Below are positions 26,501 to 39,100 of a stretch of 64,000 bases of DNA, one piece after another. Numbering within the stretch: the first letter of the stretch is position 1; every line of letters starts with the position of its first letter. Source of the DNA: Lingula anatina (taxonomy: Eukaryota > Animalia > Brachiopoda); NCBI GenBank assembly GCA_051362555.1, contig CM120640.1, forward strand, positions 41,642,788 to 41,706,787, given 5' to 3'. Made by a program: the position numbers and the translations under genes. A model generated the notes under the pieces. That model was given only the letters and a program-made list of their open reading frames with translations, was not told the DNA's origin and did not search any database.

Positions 26501-29500
26501 CTGATTTTCAAACTTGACCTGCGTATTATGAATATTCATCAGTTCGGTAAGTTTCAAGCCAAAAGGTAAAATGGTTTTCCATTTATGGTGTTATCGGTGC
26601 TGTATATATGCTGAAAAACGAGAAAAAATAGCTTAAATTTACTAAAAATGACCCAATCAAGCTAATTTTCGAACTTGACCTGCGTATTATGAATATTCAT
26701 CAGTTCAGTAAGTTTCAAGCCAAAAGGTAAAATGGTTTTCCATTTATGGTGTTATCGGTGCTGTATATATGCTGAAAAACGAGAAAAAATAGCTTAAATT
26801 TACTAAAAATGACCCAATCAAGCTAATTTTCGAACTTGACCTGCGTATTATGAATATTCATCAGTTCGGTAAGTTTCAAGCCAAAAGGTAAAATGGTTTT
26901 CCATTTATGGTGTTATCGGTGCTGTGTATATGCTTAAAAAAAGAGAAAAAATAGCTTAAATTTACTAAAAATGACCCAATCAAGCTAATTTTCAAACTTG
27001 ACCTGCGTATTATGAATATTCATCAGTTCTGTAAGCTTCAAGCCAAAAGGTAAAATGGTTTTCCATTTATGGTGTTATCGGTGCTGCATATATGCTGAAA
27101 AAAGTGAAAAAACAGCATAAATTCCCTATAAGTGACCCGATCATGCTGATATTCGAACTTGACCTGCATATTATGAATATTCATCAGTTCTGTAAGTTTC
27201 AAGCCAAAAGAAAAAATATTTTTCCACTTATCGTGTTATCGGTAAAAGTGCACGGCGACGACGGCAACGACGGCGACGGCGACGACAGACGCAGATGACG
27301 GCTATATGTACAGACACATCTGTGTCTGTACATAAAAAAGGGAACTGATAGTGAAGACAGAGCTGTCTTCCTTGAAGATACTGTGTATCAATATACCCAC
27401 CAGTGAGAAATCCTCCTCTTCTTTTTCCACAAAATGCTTTGTACAGTTTACAAACTTTGATAAATGCTCAAAATGTTTGGTGAGTTCAGTTGCCAGAACC
27501 ATGTCAATAATCATCTGGCGCATAGCACGGAAATCATCTCTATAGAGAGAAATAAATAAATAAATAAATAAATATAATAAACAAAATGAAAAAGCTCTAC
27601 ATTTTAACCTAGCTGTTAACATATTTAACCTTTATCTAAATGTATATATTAAATTTGATCTTACTTCAATCCAGGGCTTGATAAAGTTAGAAGCAATCTA
27701 TATCTTTCAAGCAAATGAACAAGCTGTTGTAAAGGTCTCATCATCATTAGCTGCGCTCTTTTGTTACATTATTAGATTTGGCTCTATCCCTTTTCAAGTG
27801 AAATCCTACCTCTCCAAGTTCTTAAATATATTGACGTCATCATTCTGTGCAGACAGGCGGAAAGCCAAAGATACATGGTGGCTTTCCAGGACGGCTCTAC
27901 AATGAGGTAAAAAAATCAAATTATCAACAAATTGTTTAAAAATTTTAGTTTATCAATTTTGCAACTTCTGTTATCTCTCAGGCACAAGTCTCCCCACTTA
28001 CATTGTATATCTGAATGGATTGGTTTATTTATTCAAGCTGGTACACTTATCAATTGAAACTGTTACAAGTATAATACATTTAGTGTCAATTATGATTTTT
28101 CATGTGTGTATGAATGTGTGCATCATGTTACAATACCCTTGTGTATTGAACTTACAGATCATTGTAGACAAGTGCCAGGTCATTGCCAGCATTGACTAAG
28201 AAGGCATTTGTTTTCCCAGGGTGATCCACATCATGGACCACTGCGGCAATCAGCGATGCCACTTCGTCCATGTGATCAAATAAACTCTGAAATGTTAATC
28301 AATGGTAGCAGTGTAGTTGACAAGTGTACAATATTCTGAAAGATGAAGTTCACATCTTAAATGTGCTGTAATACAGGAACTATAAGAGGTCTGAATGATA
28401 AATTGAGCTAGCTATACATCCGTCTCCAGAGGTTTGAGCTGTGCATTTGGCATACTGTACAAGTTCACAAAAAAAGCTCAGTGTGTGGGACAAGCAACAT
28501 TTTTACCATGAGTCAAAAAAGTTGGCAAATTACATTGGGTCTGAATTGGACATTTTACACAATTCTATTAGATTTTTATGTCAAAAATTCTAACTCAATG
28601 ACAGTTAGACTATTTCAAATATATCATGTGCAGGGGACAGCCACTGACATTTAACACACGTCACAGGTGCAGACTTAAATATGGGAGAGTATATATGTCA
28701 TCTTCAGTGGGTGTTTATCAAAATCAAATCACCTTGATTCTTTGTCTTTCCAGGAAGTAGGCTGTTGACTGCATGACATCGGCAGCATGTGTGGAGTTGT
28801 GATATTTGTTGCTGCTGTGATATTTGGCTTCAATAAGCTGCAACCAGTTCCACATGGTGGTTTCACTGGTATTTAGAAATTCACAAACATTGAACCGTGT
28901 GAATGTCTTCATTGCCAAATATGCTAAGGGCCTGAAATTAAAAAAAGAAGAAAAATTAAACAAATGAATAAATTATAAAATCAATAATGAAAAAAAATTA
29001 TACAAAAACATTTGATAAATTAAGTGAAACTGTGATTTTGTAAATACTGTAAGAAATATATTCCTAACCTCCTGTTAGTGAGTCTTTCCAGTTCCAGTAT
29101 ATTGAACTCCCACTGGGGTTCAGTCTCTAGGAGTCTGGAGATGTCTGCTGGGACCTGAGACAGCATTGTGGCAGGCAACTGCTGAGGAATGTGACTGTGG
29201 TGACCTGGAATATAACACAGCCCTATCTAATGCATACACATACCAGTGTTAGCAAATGTATACACCTTACTATATGACTGAGTCTTCATATATTGTGCAG
29301 TGTTTGTACTTTTTTTTTACTGATTATCAGGAATGATGTCACACAGCAAGTGCATGTACAGCACTTGGCTGCTAGGTTGACTGCACGCTGTTGTGTGGAA
29401 ACCACTTCGCCGGCACTACGAGTTATGGAGTCATAACTGCTACAATCTAATAAATATCAATTCTTTTTTTTTTCTTGAATCCATGAAATGTTGCTGCTTA

Positions 29501-32500
29501 TAGAAGAGATCAAGTTTTTGTGAAACTGAGACTTAGACCTGGTTGCAGATTTTTGAAGGAGATAAAAATGCAACCACAGGCACAGGGAATTTTTTTAAAA
29601 TTAGTATCTCAAAATAAAGTACACACACTTGCAATCCAAAGACTCTGGACTTGAAATATTTGCCAAAGGTTTTTATCAAATTGTCCATCAAATAGATGCA
29701 GTACTCACTAAATTTATCTGTGGATGACATCCTTCTCTTTGTTGTTCCTTGCTGCAAAAACAAAAATTACAGTACATGAATTTACGACTACTTACACAGA
29801 GTGTCTAAACATACAGAGAATATGGATATATCATAAGGAGTCAGTGTCTACCACCCATGCCTTATTCCTATCATTTAATAAGATCTAACAGATATCATCA
29901 ACTTCTGGACAAATTACAAATAATGAGACAGTAAAAATAACTTTCTTTTGCTATATACTGTAGCGAAGTTATTTTAAGTTGTTGTTTTTTTCTTCTAGAA
30001 TTTATTGTTCATGCATTATTCAAATGTTTGATTTGAGAAAATACTTCATGACTGCTGCTGAAAATATTACAATATGCAAACCCTAAGCTTTAATTAACTA
30101 AAATATTTATTCCCTATGCCTATTGAGGGAGCATGTATAGCATATATTCTGAAGGTCCACTATTCCTAAAGTCTGATATTCCAAGAGTTCCCTGTTCCAA
30201 AGGTTTTCCATTCTAAAATACGCCTCAAGAGTAGCAGAAAGAATTCAAATATAATGTAAAGAAAATATGTAAAATATATACATTAATTTGGTGTGCACTT
30301 CTTTGGTGATAGATGAATGATTGTTAAATTTAACCATCAAAAAATTAAGTATAACAGCATATGTTTATTATAATTTGGCAATTTGCTGTGTTTAAGTGTA
30401 TTAAAGAGAGTATTACCTCAAATTGCTGTTTTTCTGGCATTGTGGGTAGAATTTTAGTAACATAAGACATAAGACATTTTTTAAAGATTAAGCTTAAAAT
30501 TAGACTTCCAATTAATTCTACACTACAGCATGACAATAATGTCTTTGGAATAGCAAACATTATAAATATCAACCTTTCAGAATAAAAAACTTAAATATAA
30601 CAGATCCTTAGCCTTTAGAATAGTGAAACCAGATTTCAGTGGTCAGAAAAAACTTAGCTTAAAAACATTTGGGGGGCATTTTTTGGAACAGTGAACCTTA
30701 GGAATAGTGGACCTTCGGAACATAGAGCTGACTGCCCTATTGATACATGTGAATGCAAAATATGTGCTGGTACATGATAAAACTAAGCCTGCGTAGCTGG
30801 CAATTTCAAAGGAGTGGGGGTTCTTTTTCTGAAAAGTGAACCTTTTTATAACAATAACAATAAACCTATATCAAATTCTGATTCAGTGAGGACGTTTTCC
30901 CTTTAGAGAAAGGGTGGTTCATTCCATCCCCCCTGCCTATAATACTAAAAACAAGTACCACAAAAAATGATCCATACATGACTACAGCAAGGTAAACCAT
31001 GACATACCAGTACTGTAAGCAATATCAATAATTTAACATTTTTCCAATTCTAACAAAACAAAAAATTATCTGTTTATCATATGATTTCTCAATTAACCCC
31101 TAAACAAACTAGTAGTAGAAAAATCACAGTAGAATTCCTACCTCTTGCTCAGCAGATCTTACAGAGCCTTGTGACTGTAAATAGGTTAATCCCCAACCAT
31201 TTTAGAGCACAGGTTATAGCACATTGGGAAGCATCAAGAAGCACAGTGACCATGGACAGACAGGCCACATTGTTTAACATGCAGCAAATGAGTAGTGGTG
31301 AAAGCGTGCAAAATAAAAAAAGCAACAGCGTGCATTACTTTCATTGCAACTGTTATATATGTACTACATTGATTATGTACAATGTATTGATTATATATAT
31401 ATATATATAACTTATCATTGTATGTCATGCTACTGACTATCACCCTAAAAGAAATTTCACCTTATCAAAAAATTCATTTATGTTTGGTTTTTCTGTATTT
31501 CCTATCTAAATATTAAAAATGTTGCTCTTTGAGGATTGTTCATTACATAGACTTTCAATCATATTTTAAAATAAATTAAAATTTACATGCACCTGAAATA
31601 AGCATTTCATTTGGTGAATGTTTTTTTCCAGTGGTATGGTTTTTGTGCATAGGCTTAGCCACATCATGAAAAAATTTAAACCATGCCCAGCTTAATTATC
31701 ACATTTAGTGCACGAATACTAGTATTATTCAAAATTTCACAAGTGGTGTTTGTCAAATAGCAAAATATCTATTTTCCTAGAAATTCTATCCCTTTTCACT
31801 AAAGGGTATACCTTTAAACTGTTGACAAAATCATGGTGTAATGAACCTTTTTTTTTTTAATTTCAATTTTCCAATTATTGAGCTACTTTAATAACAGAGA
31901 TGGTGACTGGTGACCTTCAGTTGTGTAAGTAAAGATAAAAAATTTAAAAAAAAACTGAAAACAGGTTTACAGATCATAGTTTTCTCTTCAATTTGAAATG
32001 GGCAAACTTTGGTGATAAAGCTAAAATTGCTGAAATTTCCAGGAAATTGCCTTTTCTTTGTAAGATAATGAACTGATGACACTACACTGAAAAATATCTT
32101 TATCACACTGAAGGTTAACCACAATAATATTCTGATAATGATAATCATTAATAATAATAATAAGTAATGTAAATAGACAGCAATCTGTATACATATCAAA
32201 CATATGTACCACATCAACAACTTGTAGTAAGCAAATACAACCCACAACAGTAACCCATGGATGTAAAAAAGTTTGTGACAAAACTAAAATAAACACACAT
32301 ATGTATATAAGGATAAATTAAGATATACTGACCGACATGAGTCCCCCCACCAAGTCGCTAGTCATCTGATCCTCCTCCCTGACTTGCTGTGATGTAAGAT
32401 GCGGGGAGTACAGCTCAGTCGTCCGTAGGATTTCCAAGACTTTATCCAAGGCCTGAACCACGGTGAGAGGACTGTTTTCTTGTGCAGCATTGATGATATT

Positions 32501-35500
32501 TATCACCTGGGTAACAAATCATCATGTTTAATGAGTGATAATTGTACAACTAGAGAGCAGACTGGCATAATCAACAAAGTGAAGAAAATTTGACAGATTT
32601 CAAAATGTGTTTATGCCAGGCAGATGGTTAAAGCTATGAGATGAATTTTTTTTAAAATAATTCTGCAATTTTTGCATTAAGAAGAGATTATCTTTAGGAA
32701 ATGTTACATGCAGACACACAAACACACACTGTGTCAATGTTTTCCTTACATACTGTTATATGTGTATGGGAAGCGGAAGTTTGCCAATGACTCTATTTGC
32801 TCCTGTACCACCTATAAAATTTTCCATTGCTAAAATTTTAGTCTGGAGGTGATTTCATTTACTTTTGAATGATTGAGACCATCAGCTCTAATCCACTCAA
32901 TGAAAGGAAGTGGCAAACATTACAAATTAAGATACTAATTTCAAGAGGAAATATAAGATCAACCATTTTGCTGGTGTTAAATTTTCATATTTTTTTACCT
33001 TAAAATGATTGAGATAATCAGCTCTAAGTTTGTCATTGAGGGGAAGTGTCCAAGGTAATAGTTCTAGTGTGCTAAAATAGCCAACTCAATCACACCTGTG
33101 ATTTATACTCAGCAATGTTATAAAGTTAAGCACTTTTATCTCTCCAGGGATCATTTCTAAAGAATAGAGCAGAATAACCCTTCATGTAAGCCTTCTGACC
33201 TTCAGTAAGTTTATCAACTGTTACATGTAAAAGAAACATAAGATGTGACAGCAACTAGTAACAACAGTAAACTATTTGAAAAGGAAACATACCTGTAGAG
33301 ACAGAATGAACAAGAGAAGTTTACCTTATTGATTGGAGCCTCTATTGTCATGGAGTGAATCCTGGCTGCTGAATCCCGTCGTCTGCTGTGGATGTGTCCC
33401 CCTTAAGTAGTAGTAGTAATAATAATAATAATAATAATAAAACCATATCATGATGAACAAAGTTGCAAACACACTGCAAATTGCATGAGATGTGATATAC
33501 ATTTGTCAAACAAATAATTATTGGGATTTTTGTGGTTTAAAATATTCTCTTTTCCTTTTTGAACAAGTTGTATGAGAATCCTCTTTTTAAGCAAATAAGC
33601 TTTTTCTTTCATTCATAAATTCTGAAAAAGAAATCACTATGAACATATATATTAGGATAAAGACGATAATTATATCATGTATGTTTGTGGTATATTCGGA
33701 GTTTGATTATCAATAGTGCTGAATTGACAAGCAGTGCAAAAATTCTCACTGATCAGCCTGAAGAAAATTTTCATACTGATTATTTTCCCTAAAGTGTTAT
33801 AAACTGTCTGAAATCAGTACACTACAGATGCGTATACACATACAAACATCAAAATAGTATTTAAGTAAATTAAAAAAAAACAGTATTCAATAAACAAACA
33901 CTACACAAGATATTAAGTCACCAATATAATGTGATCTGGCCAAAGAATTTTCAGACCAAACACAACCAAAATGCACTTTGAGAGCAGCATTATGAGGGAC
34001 TCAGTTTCTTTTATTACGGTTTCCAACACACTAGTGTATATTAATAAACTGCAAAATGTGCACTTAATCTTTCACATCCTTGGACAGAAAGCATTTTCCC
34101 CATTAATCTCTGCAGGAATGCACAGTTAACATGCAAGGTGGATATCATCATAACTACAAACTTGTAAATGCAAAACACAAGTTGGCATTAATGTTTTAAT
34201 TCACTTCAACTCTGTTACTAATCAAGGAATAAATGAGTAGGAGAATGGTTAAATGGTTGAATATATCTACAAATGATAGAACAAGATCTTATCCTAACAA
34301 TTGACAAGTCAATATTAACCAACAGTACCACAGTCTTTAAAGGCACACAGTAAGTGTTAGACTTTTACATAGTAAAACTTCATTTTCCTGTAGATTTCAA
34401 CACCTTTTTGTTAATCATCGAGGTATACCGTATCCTAGAAAAAATGTTAGCAGATTTATAATCCATAAACTGTTTTCACGGACAGACACGCCATATGTCA
34501 CCATAACCTGCATCTGATCCCTTATTAACACCAGAAAAGGAAAACAGAAATAATCGTTATTCTTCAACTTACAAAACTGATTCTCAATACTTAAATAGAG
34601 CTTTTAAACAAACTTGTAATAGTAGATTGGGGACATTTCATTATTTCATATACTGGAATTTTTGTCTGTGAATTTCCAGAAATCTCAAGCCCTGCTTAAC
34701 AACATTTGATAAATATCAACAATAACACTAGATTCATTAAAGATTGGTGATCATGTTGCTGTAAACCATAATGTGACATTGCATCAATGTTGACACAAAC
34801 CATCTTATGTCTTTCCATCATTAAATTGCTTCTTCATCACTTAAAAACTGTATGCATGTTAATATTTCTGCCTATGACTTTTAATTGTCATTATAATCTA
34901 TCTGTCTATTTGACAACTTTGATGTTTGAAAGAGTTCAAAGTTTCTAGCTACAGAGATACCTACTGATGAATTTCACTCTTGGTGGTAAAACTTTGAATA
35001 ACAGAACTAAACAAGGCAGCAAAGCTGTCAAATGTACAGACAAAAAACAGGAAATAACTATGCACAAAATAGGCTACTGTCAATTCTGATGCAAAAGTAC
35101 ATTACGTTAAACTGCAAATTCAACATAAAATTTCAATTATGCTCAACAGGGTTGCATATATGCTGAAAAGTGAAAAAACAGCATAACTTCTACAATAATG
35201 GTCCGATTATGCTGATTTTCGAACTTGACCTGCGTTTTATGAATATTCATCAGCTCTGTAAATATAAAGCCAAAAAGTAAAACTGCCCTCCACTTATCGT
35301 GTTTACAAGGAAAGTGCACGGCGCCGACGGCGACGGCGACGACAGACGCAGGTGATGGCAATATGTACAGACACATCTGTGTCTGTACATAAAAAGTGCT
35401 TTTACAGATTGTAATTAATTCTGCAGTTTTGGATAGGGCATACCTTGGTGATAAAGTAAAAATTCCTGTAATTTCCAGAACATTTTTTAAACTCCGCTAT

Positions 35501-36050
35501 ATTAAGGTCTATCGCAAACTGCATGTCCCTGAACTGTGTTAAAAGGTGAAGGAGTGCAGTCCCATGGCCAGCAATTTCAAAGGAATTTTTTTTCTTTTTT
35601 TTTTTTGTTAACATGTTTCTTCTTCCATGAAATTTTTGTGTGCATCTAGATCAAATTTTACCCAGAGAGGACAAAAAGGGCACTTTGTTCAATCCCCCCC
35701 CCCCCGACCCCTGGCTACAGGCTTGGAGTAGAAAGGTGTCATGTCAAACAAACCAGTGCCAGTAGAAAAACCACACACAAATCAACATGACCCAATTACC
35801 TGGAGGCCAAAACAAATCTGCAAGATGACACACTAAAAGAGGAAGTTGAGATGAAAGATGGTTAACTAAAGATGACATAATGAAAGGTATATTCATATAT
35901 AAACAGGAGTTTTAGTGCTTGGGAGATTAAGAACTTAATTAATCAATCAAAACATACATGTACAATGAAATTAGTTACACTACTAGTGAATCACATTTTC
36001 AATATTTTATCATATATTTTTTCATTATTTTAATTTTTCTTATGTTTTAG

Positions 36051-36110
<60 letters not shown>

Positions 36111-39100
36111 ACACGTGTGTGTGTGTGTGTTGCATATCTACTATGTTCTATCAATGCACAGCTCTCAGTTTAATCAAAGAACACAAAATGTTCCTTTGAC
36201 ATAATATAATTTTAAAAATTTAAGGTGTACTAATATCACATTCTATCAAAAAAGTAAGAGAACTGTCACAATGAATAGCATACAGAAAGTGGAAAATATA
36301 CGACATAATGTATTCAGAACAAAATGAGAAGGCAAAGCTACAACCAGCATAAGGTATATATGTTTAATAATTCAGTCAGAAGACTGATAAACAAGGTCTA
36401 TCACCCAACATAGTGATACATATAAGTTGATCATTAGTGGGACATGAGTGTCAGCTAATTTGGATTTGGGATGTTGGTTCATTTGGTGAAACTTTTAAAA
36501 GTGAAAACTAACAGTACATGTAACAGCTGAAAGACTCAAAATGATTTACTAATCAGTAACTCCTCTCCAACTCAAAATTGTCTTCCCACATGCATTTCCA
36601 CAAAAAATAGAGAACACTGACTACATGGCATCAAGAGGCCCATTGGTTCAAGTCATGAAGTAATGGTTTTTTGACTGACTTCACATTAAACACTCCAAGA
36701 TCCCATTCCCAATGCTTAAGAAAATCACTTAAAATCACCGATCTGCAACATGCGTTTCAAAGTTTTCACAGGCCATCCTCCATACTAACAAATGTATGTT
36801 TTCTATTAAGTACAGTAGATCACATAGAGAAAAAAATGTACACTCTAGTAGTAAGGAGGTAAGTCCTTGAGCGCATTCAGAACAAACTGATCTGTGGACT
36901 AAATATGGCCAACCAACTTAAAAGCAATGCCCCTAATCCCCTGATGGTCTCTTTGCCTCCACACCTGCCAACGCTGCAGGGGTCTAAAAATAAAACCTCG
37001 GAGCCAAGATTTAATCCGCTTAATGGCACATGTGAAGGGAGGGAAACCATAAGGGTATTTTTGGACATAATAATATGTCCAAGGGGTATTTAAGGGTTTG
37101 ATTTTAAGCAGGACCAGCCATATTTTGTCAGTGGATTAGTTAGTCTGCGGATCATCTGTTCTGATTGCGCTCTTTGTTAGTTCTCTGAATCCTCTGAGTA
37201 TATACACAACACTGGATGGTTTGGCATGTACAAATTTAACATTATTTATTTACATTGTGGTGGCTTAAGTTTTCAGTTTATATATACTGACCATCTGAGC
37301 TGGATATTGATCTCATATCACAGGATCCTTTCCGCTGAGATCGGTAATCATGGGGCTTAGAACTGTGGTGGTCTGACAAGAGAACAAGAATTAATTAAGC
37401 TAATTCACTGAAATATTCTAAATGATCCATATTTTATTTTTCTCTCTTAGCTTTTTCAAATGCCAAAAATAACTAGAAAAATTTTTAATGTACAAACCCT
37501 AACACAAACACACACCTGGACCACAAACCAATCAGATTCAGAAGTCATCTGTAAGATCTTAACCAAACAGTTGACAATCCACATAAATAAACTGTAATTT
37601 TCAAAATCATTATCTATCTTCCCATATGTTAAAGTTAGTCATATTACAATTTCACTGGATTATCTAGCCCTGTACCTTACCAGAGTGTTCACAGTCCCTG
37701 TGGTACCTATCTAACTGGCAGTTTTCAGGGGCTGGGTTGCGTATTGCTACATAATGCCGGATTTTTCTGAAATAATAAAAGAAATATACATGTACATATA
37801 TTTATATATATTTCCCGTTAAAAATCCAGCATCCTACAACCAATCAGTTGAGCAATAAGATTTTATCAAAAGTCCTGTTTTAGAACATGAAAAGATATCA
37901 AACTCAAATTCTGCTTCTCATTTTGTGACAAAGTTAAATACAAGGGATGCAATGACCATTTTATTTTTGAGAACAGAGGTCATATTTCAATGTCTGTTAA
38001 TTTGTAATAATCAATCAAGGTCTAGATATCTCTAGGTCTATTCATCTTCACAACATCAATGGGCTTGAAAAGTCTAGTTTCAGTAGGATTCAAGTGAACA
38101 CAGCATTTCAGATCTTTATAGGAAAAATGTGCATAAAAGAATTAAGTCCCCAGGAAAACCTGAAAAACATCTTACCCTCCTCCACCTTCAACTGGAAGAA
38201 TGTGACAGTGGTGACACAGGCTCTCTCCAGTCTTCTTCTTTGCATAACATGTGCCTTCCCAAGACTAGAAAATGTTCAGGAATTGTATTATTTAAAGATA
38301 AGTATTTGTAAGTAAAATACAACAGTATTGGGCAGATATCATATGAAATCTAATTTGTAATAGTTTTATTACAAAATCATCACTTAAAGTGAAAATACAA
38401 GGAAATTTGTAAGGCCGCACATTAAATGTTACAAGATAAATTAAATAGAAAAAAATGCGTAAAACCAAATTTTTGATATTTTAAGCCAATACTAAAACAA
38501 CTTGTAAATATAAGGCACATGCATTTTACAAAATAAAATCAAGTTGTTATTTTAGAATTTGATACAACATAATAGCAGCTCTAGATCACTTCCTAATACC
38601 AATAATTTTCTTTTTATCAATTCAAAAATAAAAATAATTTTCACACAATTTCAGTATCATACATTGTAAATAACCAGGTGCTGCATACCTTCCCTTTCTT
38701 TAACTGAGCAAACACATTCTCTTGGTGCTCAGCGTTGTTCTTCTCACAATTAGGCAGCTTCCGGATATCTTTCCCGAGAAGCTCATCTAAGGTATAACCA
38801 AGCATGCTCTCATAGGCAGGGTTCACATACTGTAAATACATTATAAAGTGCATCTTATGTTATTGTTTATCTTTATTTTGTTTATTCATTTTTTTAAATT
38901 CCAAACTGGTAATTACAACTGGCATACATGCATATATCTCAAAAGCATTCAAACATTTTGAAGCAATCGTCTGTATTCAGTTGATCCAAACTATTTGTGC
39001 ACAGCTGTCCTTGAGTTTAAGCATTTTTTTCCTTTTATTATTTGAGTACTAGTATAAATGTAAATTATTGAATGTAGGCATTCTTGAGTTTCAGCGAACC

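Larger units (their letters stand above)
21965..27339 (-). mobile_element. HINE copy (~5.4 kb) in a PDE8 intron
   Basis: Same termini, microsatellite (27254-27290) and ~160-bp repeat array (~26130-27245). Shares internal modules with the NAA35 copies. Confidence 0.85.
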
